Origin: Glycera tridactyla
Lineage: Eukaryota
Assembly: GCA_965644265.1 (NCBI GenBank)
Contig: OZ286472.1
Coordinates: 39,556,001-39,620,000, forward strand
Direction: 5' to 3'
DNA length: 64,000 bases
The position numbers and the translations under genes were made by a program. Position 1 is the first letter of the stretch, and every line of letters begins with the position of its first letter. The notes beneath the pieces are model-generated. The model did not search any database and was not told where the DNA came from. It saw only the letters and a program-made list of their open reading frames with translations. Shown piece after piece: positions 36,572-50,489 of this stretch.

Positions 36572-38394
36572 AACAAGGCCACAGAGAGGCAAGATACCCC
36601 GCACACGGTAGCACAGTGGGTCACCCATATCGTACATGGGAGCAAAGTGGGTTACCCATATCGGAAAAGTTCAGTGAGATGTTCGGTTGGCTATGTAATA
36701 AGTCATTGGATCACTGTGTAGAATGTGAAAATCTAATACAGTCAAACCTGCTCTAAAGACCACCTGAGCTGTGACCGTGGTAGTATTTTCAACAGTAAAT
36801 GGCCTCTCTATAAAGACCACCTGCCCATAAAGACCGCTTTTTGATGCGACCGAAGACAGTCTTCATACAGGTTCGACTGTAGTAGCACCTGTAACCTTCA
36901 CCTTGACTTATGACTTAGGGTCACATGCATTGAAAGGGAGATGTTGCAACATTGCTTGATCATCCCAGATCAGTTTGATCTTTATCCAACAATGCTAGCC
37001 TGAGTTACTGTGTGAGATCCGGATATCAAAAATAGCTCCGGTGACCTTGACATTTGACCTAGGATCACATGTATCGAAAGAAGGTCATTACTTTGTGTAT
37101 GTTTGGTTCATATCGATCAATGCAAGCCTGAGCTGGAGTGTAAAATGAGAAAATCTATAAATAGCTCCTGTGACCTTGACCTTTGACCTAGGGTCACCTA
37201 TATCGAAAGGGAGATGTCCCATCATTGGATCACTGAGCTGTGTAAATTTGGTCAATATCCATCAAAGCTAGCTTGAGTTATAGTGTGAAAAAAGAAAATA
37301 TATAAATAGCTCCTGTGACTTTGTCCTTTAACCTGGGGTCACATGCATCGAAAGGGAGGTAGCCCACCAATGGGTGATCAATTTACGTAAGTCTGGTGCA
37401 TATCCATCAAGGCTAGCTTGAGTTAGAGAGTGAAAAAAGAAAAAATATAAATAGCTCCTGTGACCTTGACCCTTGACCTGGGGTCACATGCATCGAAAGG
37501 GAGGTAGCCCACCAATGGGTGATTACTTTATGTGAGTCTGGTGCATATCCATCAAGGCTAGCTTGAGTTAGAGTGTGAAAAGAGAAATTCTATAAATAGC
37601 TCCTGTGACCTTGACCTTTGACCTAGGGTCACATACATCGAAAGGGAGGTGGCCCACTAATGGGTGATCACTTTCTGTAAGTTTGGTATATATCCATTAA
37701 TCTTAGCTTGAGTTAGAGTGTGAAATGGGAAAATCTATAAATAGCTCCTGTGACCTTGACCCTTGACCTAGGGTCACATGCATCGAAAGGGAGGTGGCCC
37801 ACTAATGGGTGATTACTTTATGTAAGTCTGGTGCATATCCATCAAAGCTAGCTTGAGTTAGAGTGTAAAATAAGAAAATCTATAAATAGCTCCTGTGACC
37901 TTGACCCTTGACCTAGGGTCACATGCATCGAAAGGGAGGTGGCCCACCAATAGGTGATTGATTTATGTGAGTCTGGTGCATATCCATCAAGGCTAGCTTG
38001 AGTTAGAGTGTAAAATAAGAAAATCTATAAATAGCTCCTGTGAACTTGACCCTTGACCTAGGGTCACATGCATCGAAAGGGAGGTGGCCCATCAATGGGT
38101 GATCACTTTATGTGCGTCTGGTGCATATCCATCAGAGCTAGCTTGAGTTAGAGTGTAGAATAAGAAAATCTATAAATAGCTCCTGTGACCTTGACCTTCG
38201 ACCTTCGGGTACAAAAATCAAATTCTGGAATACGATTTTACATAGATCACAGTTATCAAGTTTTATGAAAATCGGACCAGCCAATTCAAAGTTATTGCAT
38301 GAAGTGTGAGCGGACGTACGGAAGTACGTACGTACGTACGGACGCCGGAGGTGAAACTATAATACCCCGCTTTTTCAAAAGCGGGGTATAAAAA
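36572..38394 (+). mobile_element. Complete HINE/CvA-like element with 145-bp core array
   Basis: Starts AACAAG; 5' subTIR ATACCCCGC (36594-36602); ATAGCTCC anchors exactly every 145 bp from 37161 to 38176; (GTAC/GGAC)n; 3' hairpin ATACCCCGCTTTT-TC-AAAAGCGGGGTAT followed by an A run. Confidence 0.88.
36739..36879. mobile_element. 141-bp pogo-like MITE nested in the first core unit of the HINE
   Basis: TA|CAGTCAAACCTG...CAGGTTCGACTG|TA; the joined flanks resemble the core unit (GAAAATCTA..TAGC.CCTGT.ACCTT). Confidence 0.88.
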
Positions 38395-40499
38395 TGAAAT
38401 GGTAGACTGGCAATCAGAACCTCAAATCCCATGGGGGGATGGATAATCCTATCTCCTCCCCCTGGGTGGCGTGAGGAAGCAGATGTCTCTTCAGACACTT
38501 CATGCTCAAAACTCCTAGATGTGAGAGAATACTGAATAAGATAAGCAGTCTTGGGGGGGGGGGGGGGAGGGGGGCCTAGGTACAGCTGTGATGGAAGTCT
38601 GAATTTCATAGGTCAAAAAACCTGTCTCCCATAAACCAATTGTGACCTTGTTGCACTGTGACCTTGACTCGAATTAATATCGGTCTTGCTAAGTCTACTA
38701 TGGATCTGTCAGCCATGTTTAAAATGAACGGCTCTGTAAAGTTTTGATATATGGCCAATTCTCCCAAATTGGGGCCAAAAAATGGCAGATAGGGTCACTT
38801 TTTCAAACAATCCTGTTCGATAAACCATTATTGCCATACAGTTTCACCACTTGTTGGGTCTTCATACCAAAAAAATCAGGGAGATCTGCTGAGCCAAAAA
38901 ATAATCATCACTGTTTTCATGAGTGGGGGTCGTCAGCCGTTGCGTATGTTACTTTTTTATAAAAATCTCTCAAAAACACTCATAAATTGCTCTGAATTAA
39001 CATTTATCATTATAAATCAATAAACTTTGTTCCAGGATGTCATTCTACACTGCTTATTTCCTTCTCAAGGTCAGTCATTCAAAGAGATTTGAGCCAGAAA
39101 TACAATGTCCGTCCTCAATCCTCAGGCGCTGTCTTTAAGTTTTTTTTTCTAAGCAATTACAATAAGCATAAGTACCAAACTCATTATTCCAATTGAATAC
39201 ATATTGATGAGATGATGGGAATAGGGTTCTGTCATTCTCTGGAAAAGTTGGGAAGTAATGAACATCATCTTATATGTATGTTATTTTATGTGACGTATGT
39301 TACTGCTGACGCCATTTTTTTACACCCGAGTTATCTCATGTAAATTTCATTCAGTAATTGCCACCAAAAGTAGCTAGTAGCTACATTTATCTTCACAGTA
39401 ATCCAAATTTACATAATATCATTGAATAGGCTTGAAAACATTTGGACTTTCCAAGTTATCTGATTTTATATGACCACTCTCAAGAAAAAATGTCAAGGAT
39501 AACATACATATTGGGTTGTAGCTTGTGCAGATTATGTCAAAATAACATACATATGCTCAAATCATCCATATTCCTATACCACAGTGATCATTTGTGACTA
39601 TCAGTGGATGAAAAAGCATGGATCATCCAAATGTTGAGCAACCGTCCAACAAGGTCAACTTTATCCTGAGATGCCTTGGCTTAGTATCACCTAGTATATA
39701 TGTATGTTATGCAAAGTTTGCATGTTACTATAATTTTTCAATTGACATTCATGCACTTTTTTATCAACTATAAACCAAATTATGAACTAAACCGGAAAAA
39801 TATATAGTGTCATGAATGCATGGGGATCACATTCAAAGGAGTGATCAATCCAAGATGGCACCTGTTGCTTGTAAAGATGCTAAAACTCTGACCATAGGTA
39901 TGTTATCCATTGACGGAAATGTCACCCTTTAAGTGCCAAATCATTTTTTAGAGGTTGTTTATCACCTTGTTGATTCTTTTGAGCACTGGGTCGGTCATTG
40001 TAACGATATTTTCAAATGATCTGATGGTGATACATGAGTTGAATCATAGCAGAAATCAGTGGGATTGAATGGTGAACTTGCACACAAAAATTGACGGAAT
40101 GGTAGTAACATACTGTGACGCAGTTCAGAGATATCAGGGAGCTATTTATCTCTAACATTTGACATGTCCCAAGGTTGTAAAATGAAGCCCTGCTATCGAT
40201 TGTTAAGACTGAGTATGTTTTAGATCTTGGGATTATCTCAATTTGATATAGCACATCACCAAAGTAGGGTGGGGTCTGGTGTTACGTTTTGTGCGGTCAA
40301 AAATAGCCAATTTTGGCCATTAAATTGCCTCTAACTTCACCAAAATTAGAGATATTCCTATCAAAATTGGACCAACTATTGTTTGAATCACATTACATCA
40401 GTCACCATGTCCAAATTCTGGTTGAAAGCTGCTGAATTTACATATGATACGTTTTTCGGTAGCTGGCCCCAATTTCAGAGAATTGGCCATATATATATA

Positions 40500-40812
40500 T
40501 ATCATCTGGAACCCGATGAAGTCCCTTCATGGACTTTCTTAACCCTGTGACCTTGGAATTTTAAACATTCACCCAAAAATCAATACATGTCTTGGAAGGG
40601 CTAAGCTGTACATTGTCCCAAATTTGAATTTATTGGTTGAAAACCTTCTGAGTTATCACTCAGAAACCCAAGGGAAACACATGCATGCATGCATGAATGC
40701 ATGGACAGAAGGACAGATTGATGCACACTCACCCAAAAACGTCATTCATTTTACAGATAACTGAGGCAAAAACATACTGCCGCGTCGATTTGATCGCCAG
40801 GGGTATAAACAA
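40500..40812 (+). mobile_element. Short HINE/CvA-like element
   Basis: CCCTGTGACCTTG, CCAAATTTGA..., (GCAT/GGAC)n tract, imperfect 3' hairpin followed by an A run. Confidence 0.5.
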
Positions 40813-41389
40813 AAAAAGAAATGCTGACAAATTTGCCTTTCAAAGTAAATACTTACCATTTCAGAAAGATCAAGGGACTAGCTGCAGAGGGATCTGTTTT
40901 TTACATGATACCTTCACAAAGAGAGTGTAAACATTTATCTTCCTATTTTCTATACACATCATCAATATCCAGAGTGGTTTACAGAAAGAAGCCCACCTTC
41001 TCACACGGCTTCCTGTTAAGGGAGCAATCATTTATCCATCACAGTTAGCTGACTTCCTGTGAGAGGGATCCCTCATTTATCTGTGTGCTTGTATCATGAC
41101 ATCAGGGATCGATACTTATTTGTGTCGCTTGATTGGTCAAAGTGCAGTGGATCAACGAAACAGAATGCCTCGCCATTCTTCTTGCCATCAACCCTCCCAA
41201 GCCATTACTTGCCAACTACCATTCTAGGTGTTCTTCCATCACACTGCAGAGACCATCATTCAAAACAGACCTTCTTCACTATATGTATTCTCAAATTTGC
41301 CATAACTGGGAAAAATCTCACTCTGACAAATGCACTCATCAATCCTACTAACATTGTTGAAAGCCCAATCACCAGGAATGTGATGTATG

Positions 41390-41690
41390 CCTTGTACATT
41401 TCTGCTGAATGTGGTGAAAGTCTCGCAAGGTCTTCTTCTCCAAAATGTGATGAATATCTTGCATGTTTCTACTGAATGCACTGAATGACTCATACATTCA
41501 TGCCAATTGTGGTGAATGGCTTGTGCATTCATGCCAAATGTGGTGAATGGCTTGTACATTTATGCCTGATGTAGTGAATGTCTTGCACATTTATGCCGAA
41601 TGCGGCAAATGACTTGAACATTTATGCCAAATGTGGTGAATATCTTCCAGAATGTGGTGAGTCTTGTGAATTTCTGCTGACTGTGGTGAA
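41390..41690 (+). repeat. Decayed ~31-bp tandem repeat
   Basis: ATGCCAAATGTGGTGAATGGCTTGTACATT(C/T) repeated with divergence. Confidence 0.75.
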
Positions 41691-44600
41691 TGTATTGGGA
41701 CTGTTACTAAATGCTATCAGTGAGCAATGACTGTAAATCAAACTCGTGTTGTACATAAAAAAGTCATCAGGCCAGATGATCTCTTCCCACCCAAAGAAGA
41801 GGGAAGGCACTGCAAACATGATTCAATTGCGCATTTCTCTGATGATACCCCGGGGTGAGACGTGATGTGATCTCTAACATGAAACAAGCAAGCAACGGAG
41901 ACAACTTTAGCTTCTACCTGCTGATACAAGACGTTATTAACCTTCCATTATCTACACTTGGGAGTTCAATCTAGGAGAGGACGTCATTCACCAAGAGAAG
42001 GCCACATCACTCCAGCTGTAGCTCTAATTATCTTTTTCACCAGCCTGTAATATGGGACTAATGAGCAGGGACTCATCTCCCCCTCTTCTCAGCTCACCTG
42101 TGCTCTTATGCAACACCAAGCAAGGCTCCTACCTGGGTGGGTGACCTAGATTTTGAAGGATTATCATTCAATATCAGACTTTGGGGACCACATATCCATC
42201 TGATCAACACCCTACATAAGCAACATCATTGTGTGAAGTAACCCATTGTGATGAGGAAGGGCAAAGGGTATGGAAATAGTGTAGGCATGCCAAGGAAATG
42301 TAGCAAACTACTGAGAAATGTGATCGAGTTATATTAGAAAACACCCTTATATCCTATGAACTATGTTTGCGGAATCCTCCCAACTAAATTGCAGCAACCC
42401 TCTGATTCTAATTTTTCATCAAATTTCAAAAGGTTTTGGATAATTGACATCATTGTGATCTGGGGCTATTGCAGAGGCTTCATGCCATGATGAAGCATTG
42501 AACTCGTCCAGAAATGTAGTGGCTAAGAATGAACACAATATGAATGTGGAATAGCCTTTTACAGATATGACCTGGGTTATCTGTTATTTGGTTTAATGAT
42601 GTCCACTTATCTATCTTTAGCTGAAATAGTCAGCCTGATCACGGAGCAATTTTCTTACATTACTGATTTATTCTAAATACCCATTTCTTGCTTGATCATC
42701 TGAGACCATTTTCTTCCAGGAGCATGATTTTGGAACTTCCAGCTTCCAAAGCTAAGCCCCAAATGGGGATTTATGAAAATCTATCAGGAATGATTTGTGA
42801 ATTCTGAAGTAATCTAAGTCTTGGATGAAGTTAGCAGTCCTTGGCTTGAGGAGAAACAGTATTTGGATCAAATTTGCAGAAATATACATCACAATTTGTG
42901 TCAAATTTGTTGGGAAAAAAATACTTGAAGAAGTATATTCCGATTTGAGTTAAATTTGTAGAAAAATGAAATAGTTTGATCTATGCTTGCAAAAAGGTAT
43001 TATCGGGATGCCAATCTTTGCTGATAAAAAAGTAATGGGGCCACTTTTCAAGAGCAATGATGGCAGCGGATGCAATGATCAAGTATGGCGGTCCTGAATT
43101 TCTAGGAGTAATGCCACAATCCTGGCTCAATTCTACTCCAAAATCTGGATGATTGCTATCTCTGTATTATGCTTATGCTGATGAGCAAGCTTAGCTTCAT
43201 TCATCAAACAGAATGATGACAAACAATGACCTGATGAGAAACAGGCCGAATCAGGAGGCATTCTGGGAAAAGCATGGGTCAATTGAGACACAATGGGGTA
43301 GAAAGTCCAGGAATTATCATACTTAAATTTAAAACTAACAAGATATTTTTCTGCCAGCTCGCACATCTCAACAAGTGATTGATGCATTGACAGTGAGATG
43401 CCATGCATATCATTGCTGTGTCCACTAGGATGCCTACAACTCAAATGTCATCCAAACTCTCTCATACTCACTAAATGCCATTGAAAAGTACAACAATATC
43501 ATCAGCATGCTGAACCCAAACTACATTAATCCCTTGTCAAAGACAGAACACATATTTCACAATTTTGGCTCATATCCACATGTTAACTATTCCTGTTTTC
43601 GCTCTTGGATCAAAAGCCAAGTAATGGATCCATATTGGTTTTGAGGCTTTTTGCCTCCACATTAACACCTGAATAGAAGCAGCGTGGTGTAATTCGACAG
43701 CAGCTGCAGCCAGGATTTCAATGTCATTTTGATTTCATGATTCAGTAAAACATCATGTGCCCAATGTATCAGATATGGCAGCAGCGTATACACTCCAATC
43801 TAACATGGAATGATCGATCAGCCCGTGACATGTCATGCCAGTATATATCATACATCATCGAGAAGCTCACCGACTACGACATGCATTCCAAGACGGATTC
43901 GATTTCTCCCCCTGTAATAATCTTTTTATCGTGTTCATCTTGTTAAATTCAGCATGAACTGGTGAAATCAGCCAGAGACAAGATATAACTGTCCACACGA
44001 TGGTGTTATCGGTTAATAATGACTTGTACATATACTGCTGCTGTCATGGAATAATGAGGCATAAATTGAAGACATGCAAACCTGTCCAAATACACACCAA
44101 ACCACATGTGCTTGCCAATATGTGAGTGAACATAAATAAATATATCAAACACATTTTCTACAGCCATTTCAGTCAATATATTTGAGCACCTGTATACTGA
44201 AATAGAAAAATGTGCATGCACATAAACAATTCATGTATGCACACACATAAATACATATTCAGTTGAACCTGTTTATAAAGAGGGCCACTGTATGATCCAT
44301 TTGAGAGATAAAATGCTGGACGAGTGTGAAGCAGCTATGTGCTTGCTAATACCATTTAATTAGTCCATGGTGAACACCCCCCTATGACTGAGAATAAGAT
44401 GTAATAAGAAGGAAATCACAAAGTACATGGATAATTGATTGTCTCCTCTAGGCATTAATTAACAACCTAAGTGGCAAGTACATGTGTAATTAAACCAACG
44501 GCTCATGAATGAGCTGTGATATGAGTTAGGGAGAGATCACCTACCATGGAAGGTTCACAAAAGCATTGATCTGGTTGAATGCAATGGCATGGTTTAACCT

Positions 44601-46445
44601 GAAAGATTATGTAAGTGTAATTCTGATCTATGAAAGCAGGATGTTCTGATCCCTACAGGCATCACTCACACATACCCTGAACACAAAACATCATTCACAC
44701 GAACCCCAGAGCCTGACATTTTGAGGGCAATTGCCCAATAAGGTACCTCAATTGCCCTTTCCAATTTACATCATGGGCACAAAATCACCCACCTACTGTC
44801 ACAAGCCAGGCATCAGTGATAGGAGTCAATGATTGTCATGATGATGTTTATTATTTCCTCATACAGTTTTTTGCCATCGTTTTCTTTTTGCAAGTTGGTG
44901 TCTGCATATAACTACTTGAATATATAAATGCAACTGATCTATGCTTCATTTCCATTTGAGAAACCTCCAACATTTTTCAGGAATGCTCATCATTTTCCAG
45001 AAACGCTCAACTTACTCGGACCACCTGGGCATGTTTGCCCACCCGCTCTCTCCAAAATGTTAGTCTCTGATAACCCTGATACAAAATGGGGAACTGGGGA
45101 GGTCATCAAGTGGAAGTACCTGTCAACTCAGCCACACCTCCACCTGCATACAATATCATGTACCTCAGCAATGGCACAAATAAGTAACTAACTGGAAGCT
45201 GACACTCAAGTTTGAAGATATGCTTTACACAAAGCAAAATTCATGAAACAATGGAATGCATTGGGTTGGGAAAATACATAACATGATAGTGTTCAGTGTT
45301 ATGTCATGTGTGGGATAGCGAACAAGCATGATATAGCTAACTCTATGTTGTGCATAGCTATGGAGACTGCATACTCTCACAATATCACACATTCTTCATC
45401 TTTTGAATTATCTCAGGAACGAAAATGTCAGACATTGACCATCTCCACGTTTCTCGGAGACGCTGAGTGCATGGGTAGGGATGGCAGGCACTGTGTTAAT
45501 CTCTTTCTGATATTAGATAGGAGAACATTTTCTTCATTATGGACAATGACATAACCCTGCAAATGCTGTACAATCATCCCTTCCACACGTGCCGCATTCT
45601 CTTTCTGGCCGACTTGCAGTCAAACCATCATATCCTTTGCATAGTAGCACAGGGCCTTATAATACAAAAGGCGACATCTGTATTTCCCCTTTTATGACTT
45701 TCAAATTTCACTACCACCTATCCCATGGCTACCGTCACAGGCAATACCACCACCAGATAACCAATAATCGCAAATGATACCTCTGGTTTGGCTAAGAAAT
45801 TTATCAAATTGTTCTTGTTTTATTTTCTCTGAGCCAACCACTGAACAGAGAGCGTGGAAACAGACCACAGCAGGAAAACTATCCTATGCCCAGTCAGCAT
45901 GCTACTCATAGACATCATGTGAACATACAGCGTTCTTCATTGCTACCTGTGGCTGGCCAATGGATACCAACTTCACCCTTTGGTTACCATTTTTCTAGAG
46001 TTAGTAACAAATGACCCCTAAGATGAAAGAGTTTTTAAAGGGCCCAGGACACACTTTGATGATGCTTAGATCTATTTTGGGATGTGTAGAGAGTTCCTGA
46101 TGAAACACCTTCATACATACACTGCTGGTTCTTGAGGGTGATATATATTATGCATTTAAATGCAGAGCCATTTTGTAAGGGAGAAGGTTAATGGTTGGTC
46201 AAGTCAAAATTGTGGTGTTCTGTCTTCTCACTCATCAATTTACACTCTCTCATCAGGAGAATGAGTTTAGGCTTTCACTGTCCAGAAATCCAATTCACTC
46301 TCCCCAGGGATTAAGGGAGAGGAACGCCATAGAACCACAGATATCCATGCAATGATATACACTGGACCAGGAGTTGTCATTGGCACTATTCAGGAGTCTC
46401 TCTCTCTCCATCTCCCTCTGAGTCTCACCCTCCCCCTTTCTCTCA

Positions 46446-46446
<1 letters not shown>

Positions 46447-46487
<41 letters not shown>
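46447..46487. repeat. (CA)n microsatellite
   Basis: Seen directly. Confidence 0.95.
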
Positions 46488-46488
<1 letters not shown>

Positions 46489-47988
46489 CCAGCCCCCCCC
46501 CCCACACACACACAAACAGAAACACCTTCTTTCTAGCGAGCAATAAACCACCATGAAAGGGTTGTTTCACACAATATTGAGGTACACGATACATTGGCAA
46601 GAAATATCTCATAAGAGTGAGTCCTCTCCCCAGCCTAGTGTCTTAATAAACCCCGAGGAAGGACACGCCACTGTCGCTGCCTGCGGGGATGGTGTGGCTT
46701 GATGGCTGGTAGGCTATCAATTATTTCAAGTGGATTCTTGAATAATTGAGAATACAAGAGTAGCAACAGGGACGAGTGAGTGAGCCCCGTGGGAGAGTAA
46801 GCCTCCACACGACAGTACTGGCCTGACATTCAGAGAACCCTCTGAACCTCACGCAGCCCTAAAATTCTAAGATTGAGATTGTCTTCCCGAAGTATACGAA
46901 TCACCACTTCTTAAACAGAACTAACCAATCATTTTACCACTTCATGTTTTGACCACTGATTTTCATCCTTTTATCACCCATCAAATGGGTGATCCTGCAC
47001 TAGTGATGGGCACATTAGCTAACAGGACAAAAGATTGGAATGTTTGGAGGTCCTCATCACCAGACCTACATTAGTATTTGATTGTGCAGATAAACTTGTG
47101 CCTTCAGAATTTCCTGACAGTCACCATCTTCAATACACTTAGGTAAACTTTATTTTTAAAGGACAATTGGCTGCCGTGACAGTCATCTCCAGAGTATCAT
47201 TTGTAATCTCTCTCCGTCAAGTGTTGACCAAACATCAAATTATCCAAGTGCTCCCCAGTTGATCCATTCCCAAAACAGGCACTGATTCGTAACACTAATA
47301 GATGTTTAAATCCCCAAATGTCCAATTTGGCTATCAGATCACAAATGCCATGCTTTCCAATGGGCCATGAATTTTGTTTATCTCTCTTTCAGCCTTGGCT
47401 AGGGTTATGACTGCATGAGGTCAAATATTTCAGGGCACTACACTATTTTTTCTTCAACTGTCCTTTGGGCAGGTGAAGTGAGTTTGCAACCTGCCCTTGC
47501 CAACACTTTCTACCAGCCCTCCTGCATGTTATCATAAATTAAATGATGGTTGTGTACCTGCCCACCAGGCAGACTGATAAAACTACCAGGATGAAGACCA
47601 ACAGTTCATATGAAAATGAGTAGTTCTATGATCAATTGTGTGTCGGAAACAATGCAGTACAGCCTATTCAGCAGGGCTAGATGAACATTACAGACAGTTG
47701 GAGCAATTTTAGTGAGGTCTGCTAAGTGTGGAAAGATTGATGAATGTAGCAGATGGGATCACTTTGATATCTCCCTTATGGCATCGAATGCATCACCCTG
47801 GTGACTAGGAGAAATCATCCGCACTTTTGGAATTGTTTAATTGAAATTCTTTCAATTGAATGATCAATCATAATTCATGTTTTGCCAACACTTGAGGGAG
47901 ACAAATTCTGTTTCAGAGAAAGCTGCTCTGAGTGACCCTTCAATGAATAATCACCTCTTTTCAACGACCCCTTTTGTTCACCAAAATA

Positions 47989-50489
47989 CAGTATGTCCTT
48001 TCTTATGCGAAAAGTCATGGGACCAAATTTTCTTCCGCTTGACCCTTTCCCGCATATGCCGCGAATTCACACATACCCCACATTCTCATAGGATGCGAAC
48101 TCACGCATACTCAGCATCAGCATAGCACGTGAAATGACGCATACCCTGCATCTTCATAGGACATGAAATGATATGATATGAACGAAACACAATCATGAAG
48201 AGGAGAGCCTGGGCTTCCCCCTCGAATACCTTCCAAAAAAGGAATGATAACGTCACATGAATCAGAGCCGTGGATGTGGAAATTTCCTGGCAAACGAAAG
48301 CCAAGAAGGCCAGACCTAGCGTAGAGGTGCACACACATGAAACTTTTTCTTGACATCTCGACCGTTTCTGGTGAATATTCGATGGATTTTCATGATTTAT
48401 ACAATCAGATATCCGTGGATTTAATCGTGTAATTGTTTTCACTAGAAGTTCAATATTTCAATGTTATTCCCGCTGTCAAACGCAATGTATGGAATCGCAG
48501 AAGACACATGTTTGACACGCAGTCTAGCATCCTAATTGTCAAAGCCCACCGGCAACTTGCGCCTCACCTTGTGAAGAAACTATTTGAAATATTGACATAC
48601 CGCCTCCACAAACATGTGGAGGATGTTCTTTTGAACATATCAGTATATGATTTATGCAGTTTTCACCAGAAGTCTTGGTGAGATGGCGGAAATTCCACGT
48701 GGAAGTTATTTGAGTTGCTATGATCAGCTGACACAGGCATCCCCTTAATTCAGCTCTCATTTGGCAAATATACGTCGTATTTTCATACTTTTTCCTCACA
48801 CCCCACATGAACAGAGCATAATGAGGAATACATCTATCTATTTCTTGGGTTATCATGGCAATCAACATTTGGTGTTCGTTGCGGAAAAATGCTCATTGGG
48901 ATGCAGTTAGCGTTCTTGTTGTCAAAGCCAGCCGCCAACTTGTGACTCAATTTATGAATAAAATATTCAAAATATCGACACGCCGTTTCCACACACGTGT
49001 AGAGGAACTTCTTGTGAATATATAAGTATATGATTTGTTAAGTTTTGACCAGTATTCTTGATGCGAGATCTCCCGCGCAAAGTTATTGATGAAAACTCAC
49101 GTTTGATATGTCAAAGTGAGTGAGAGTGGTTACACAGACGCCACACTTCATTCGACCCCCATTCAGCCAATATCCCTTGTTTTTTGCTGTTTTTTCTCCT
49201 ATACTACACAAATAGGATACAAGCAATACATTTATCGAATATTTCTTGTGTTTTTATCGCTGTTTTGGTTGAGAAAATAGCCAGCAGTCATTTTTTGGTA
49301 TTTGGTGATTTTTCTCCCCTAGAAAGTTGTGCGTGAATCGGTATTCAGTGTGTACTGTTGGATGTCACCGCGTCTCTCATCTCAGCTCTTCTGATCTGAT
49401 GTGATAAAATGGCGATTCCAATCGATAATCTATATGTACCATCGTTTTCTGCATGTTCTGTTTGCCTGATACAAATTTTTTGGTGGTTATAGTGGTGAAT
49501 TATTATGGACGCAGGGCTTCACATTAGACGCTATGCATTCTAGTTGCAGGTGTCAAAATCACGTCATGACGCAATTTTTTCATGCACAGGGTGACAGTTG
49601 ACCCAGCCCTTGGGAATATGTCATGGTAAGCTGGTGCATGTGCATTGATGCACGTCACGCCGCTGCCGTGTATGCAGGAAAGGGTTGAGACAGAAATTCG
49701 CTTAGTGCAGGATTTGATGTGGGCGATGATAATCGCGTGTAAATGAAAGACTCCCTTCACGCTTCACTGGAGAAGAATAGAGCCTATCGTCTGATAGTTC
49801 TTGCCTGCATGCCTACTAAACCAGCAGACTAACTTCTCACAAAGAAACACCTGACAACTCCCCATTGCTGAGATTGCACATACAACCATGATAAACAGCG
49901 ATAAATTCATTCGCAAAACTGGCTTGCTCGTGGTTCCGATAGCGGCTCAGTGCTCGAGAAATCTTCTTCTGCGCATTTTGTTGACATCCTGCCACTGTGT
50001 TTATAATTTCAACTTTGTAACGAATTTCGATCAAAATTTCGCAAAATTCAATATAGGAATATGACAGGCCTGGTGTAAGAGAAAAGACGATTTAGCCGTT
50101 TCCCAAAAGAATTATTCGTTTATAGCAGGATAAAGATCTATCATGCAACATGCGCAAAAGACGAGTTTGCGAGCGTATGGCTGCAAGACTTGGTCGACAG
50201 CAAAGACTGCCTGAGAGCGGCTAGGATTCATGAGCAGGGTCATTGCGGATTTCCCAAGCGGAACACGTAGAATTGCTCACTCGCTAGGTTATACATCAAC
50301 TTTGCTTTTCACTTAATACAGGTTGATGGGCGCAACGGTAATGAAAATGGTGTTCCATTGTTCGTGTTAGACTGGTTCCCGCTTAATACAGGTCGATCAT
50401 AGTGAAAAAACATTCGGGCGGACCGTGGGGTATGCACTCAAAGACAGGATTTTGCCTAGCACAGGTCCACGATAAAGCAGGTTTTACTG
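47989..50489 (-). mobile_element. Diverged pogo-like element (family of 52055-53395) carrying a nested piggyBac-like element
   Basis: TA|CAGTATGTCC..GAAAAGTCATGGGACCAA matches the reverse complement of 53340-53395; the right end GCAGGTTTTACTG matches the 52055 end in reverse complement; internal homology 49900-50050 to 52510-52660. Confidence 0.82.
48043..49684. mobile_element. Full-length (1642-bp) non-autonomous piggyBac-like element with TTGA TSD
   Basis: TTGA|CCCTTTCCCGCATA...TATGCAGGAAAGGG|TTGA (13/14 TIR match); internal direct repeat with ~390-bp offset (48560-48710 vs 48935-49090); no transposase ORF recognised. Confidence 0.88.

Noticed and set aside
38740-40500. About 30-bp inverted match (GATATATGGCCAATTCTC..AAATTGGGGCC) suggesting a long-TIR element
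   Set aside because: Similarity does not extend on either side and no TSD was found.
41150-41260. Faint RTE-like peptide (GRVDGKK) on the minus strand
   Set aside because: Too short and degenerate to support.
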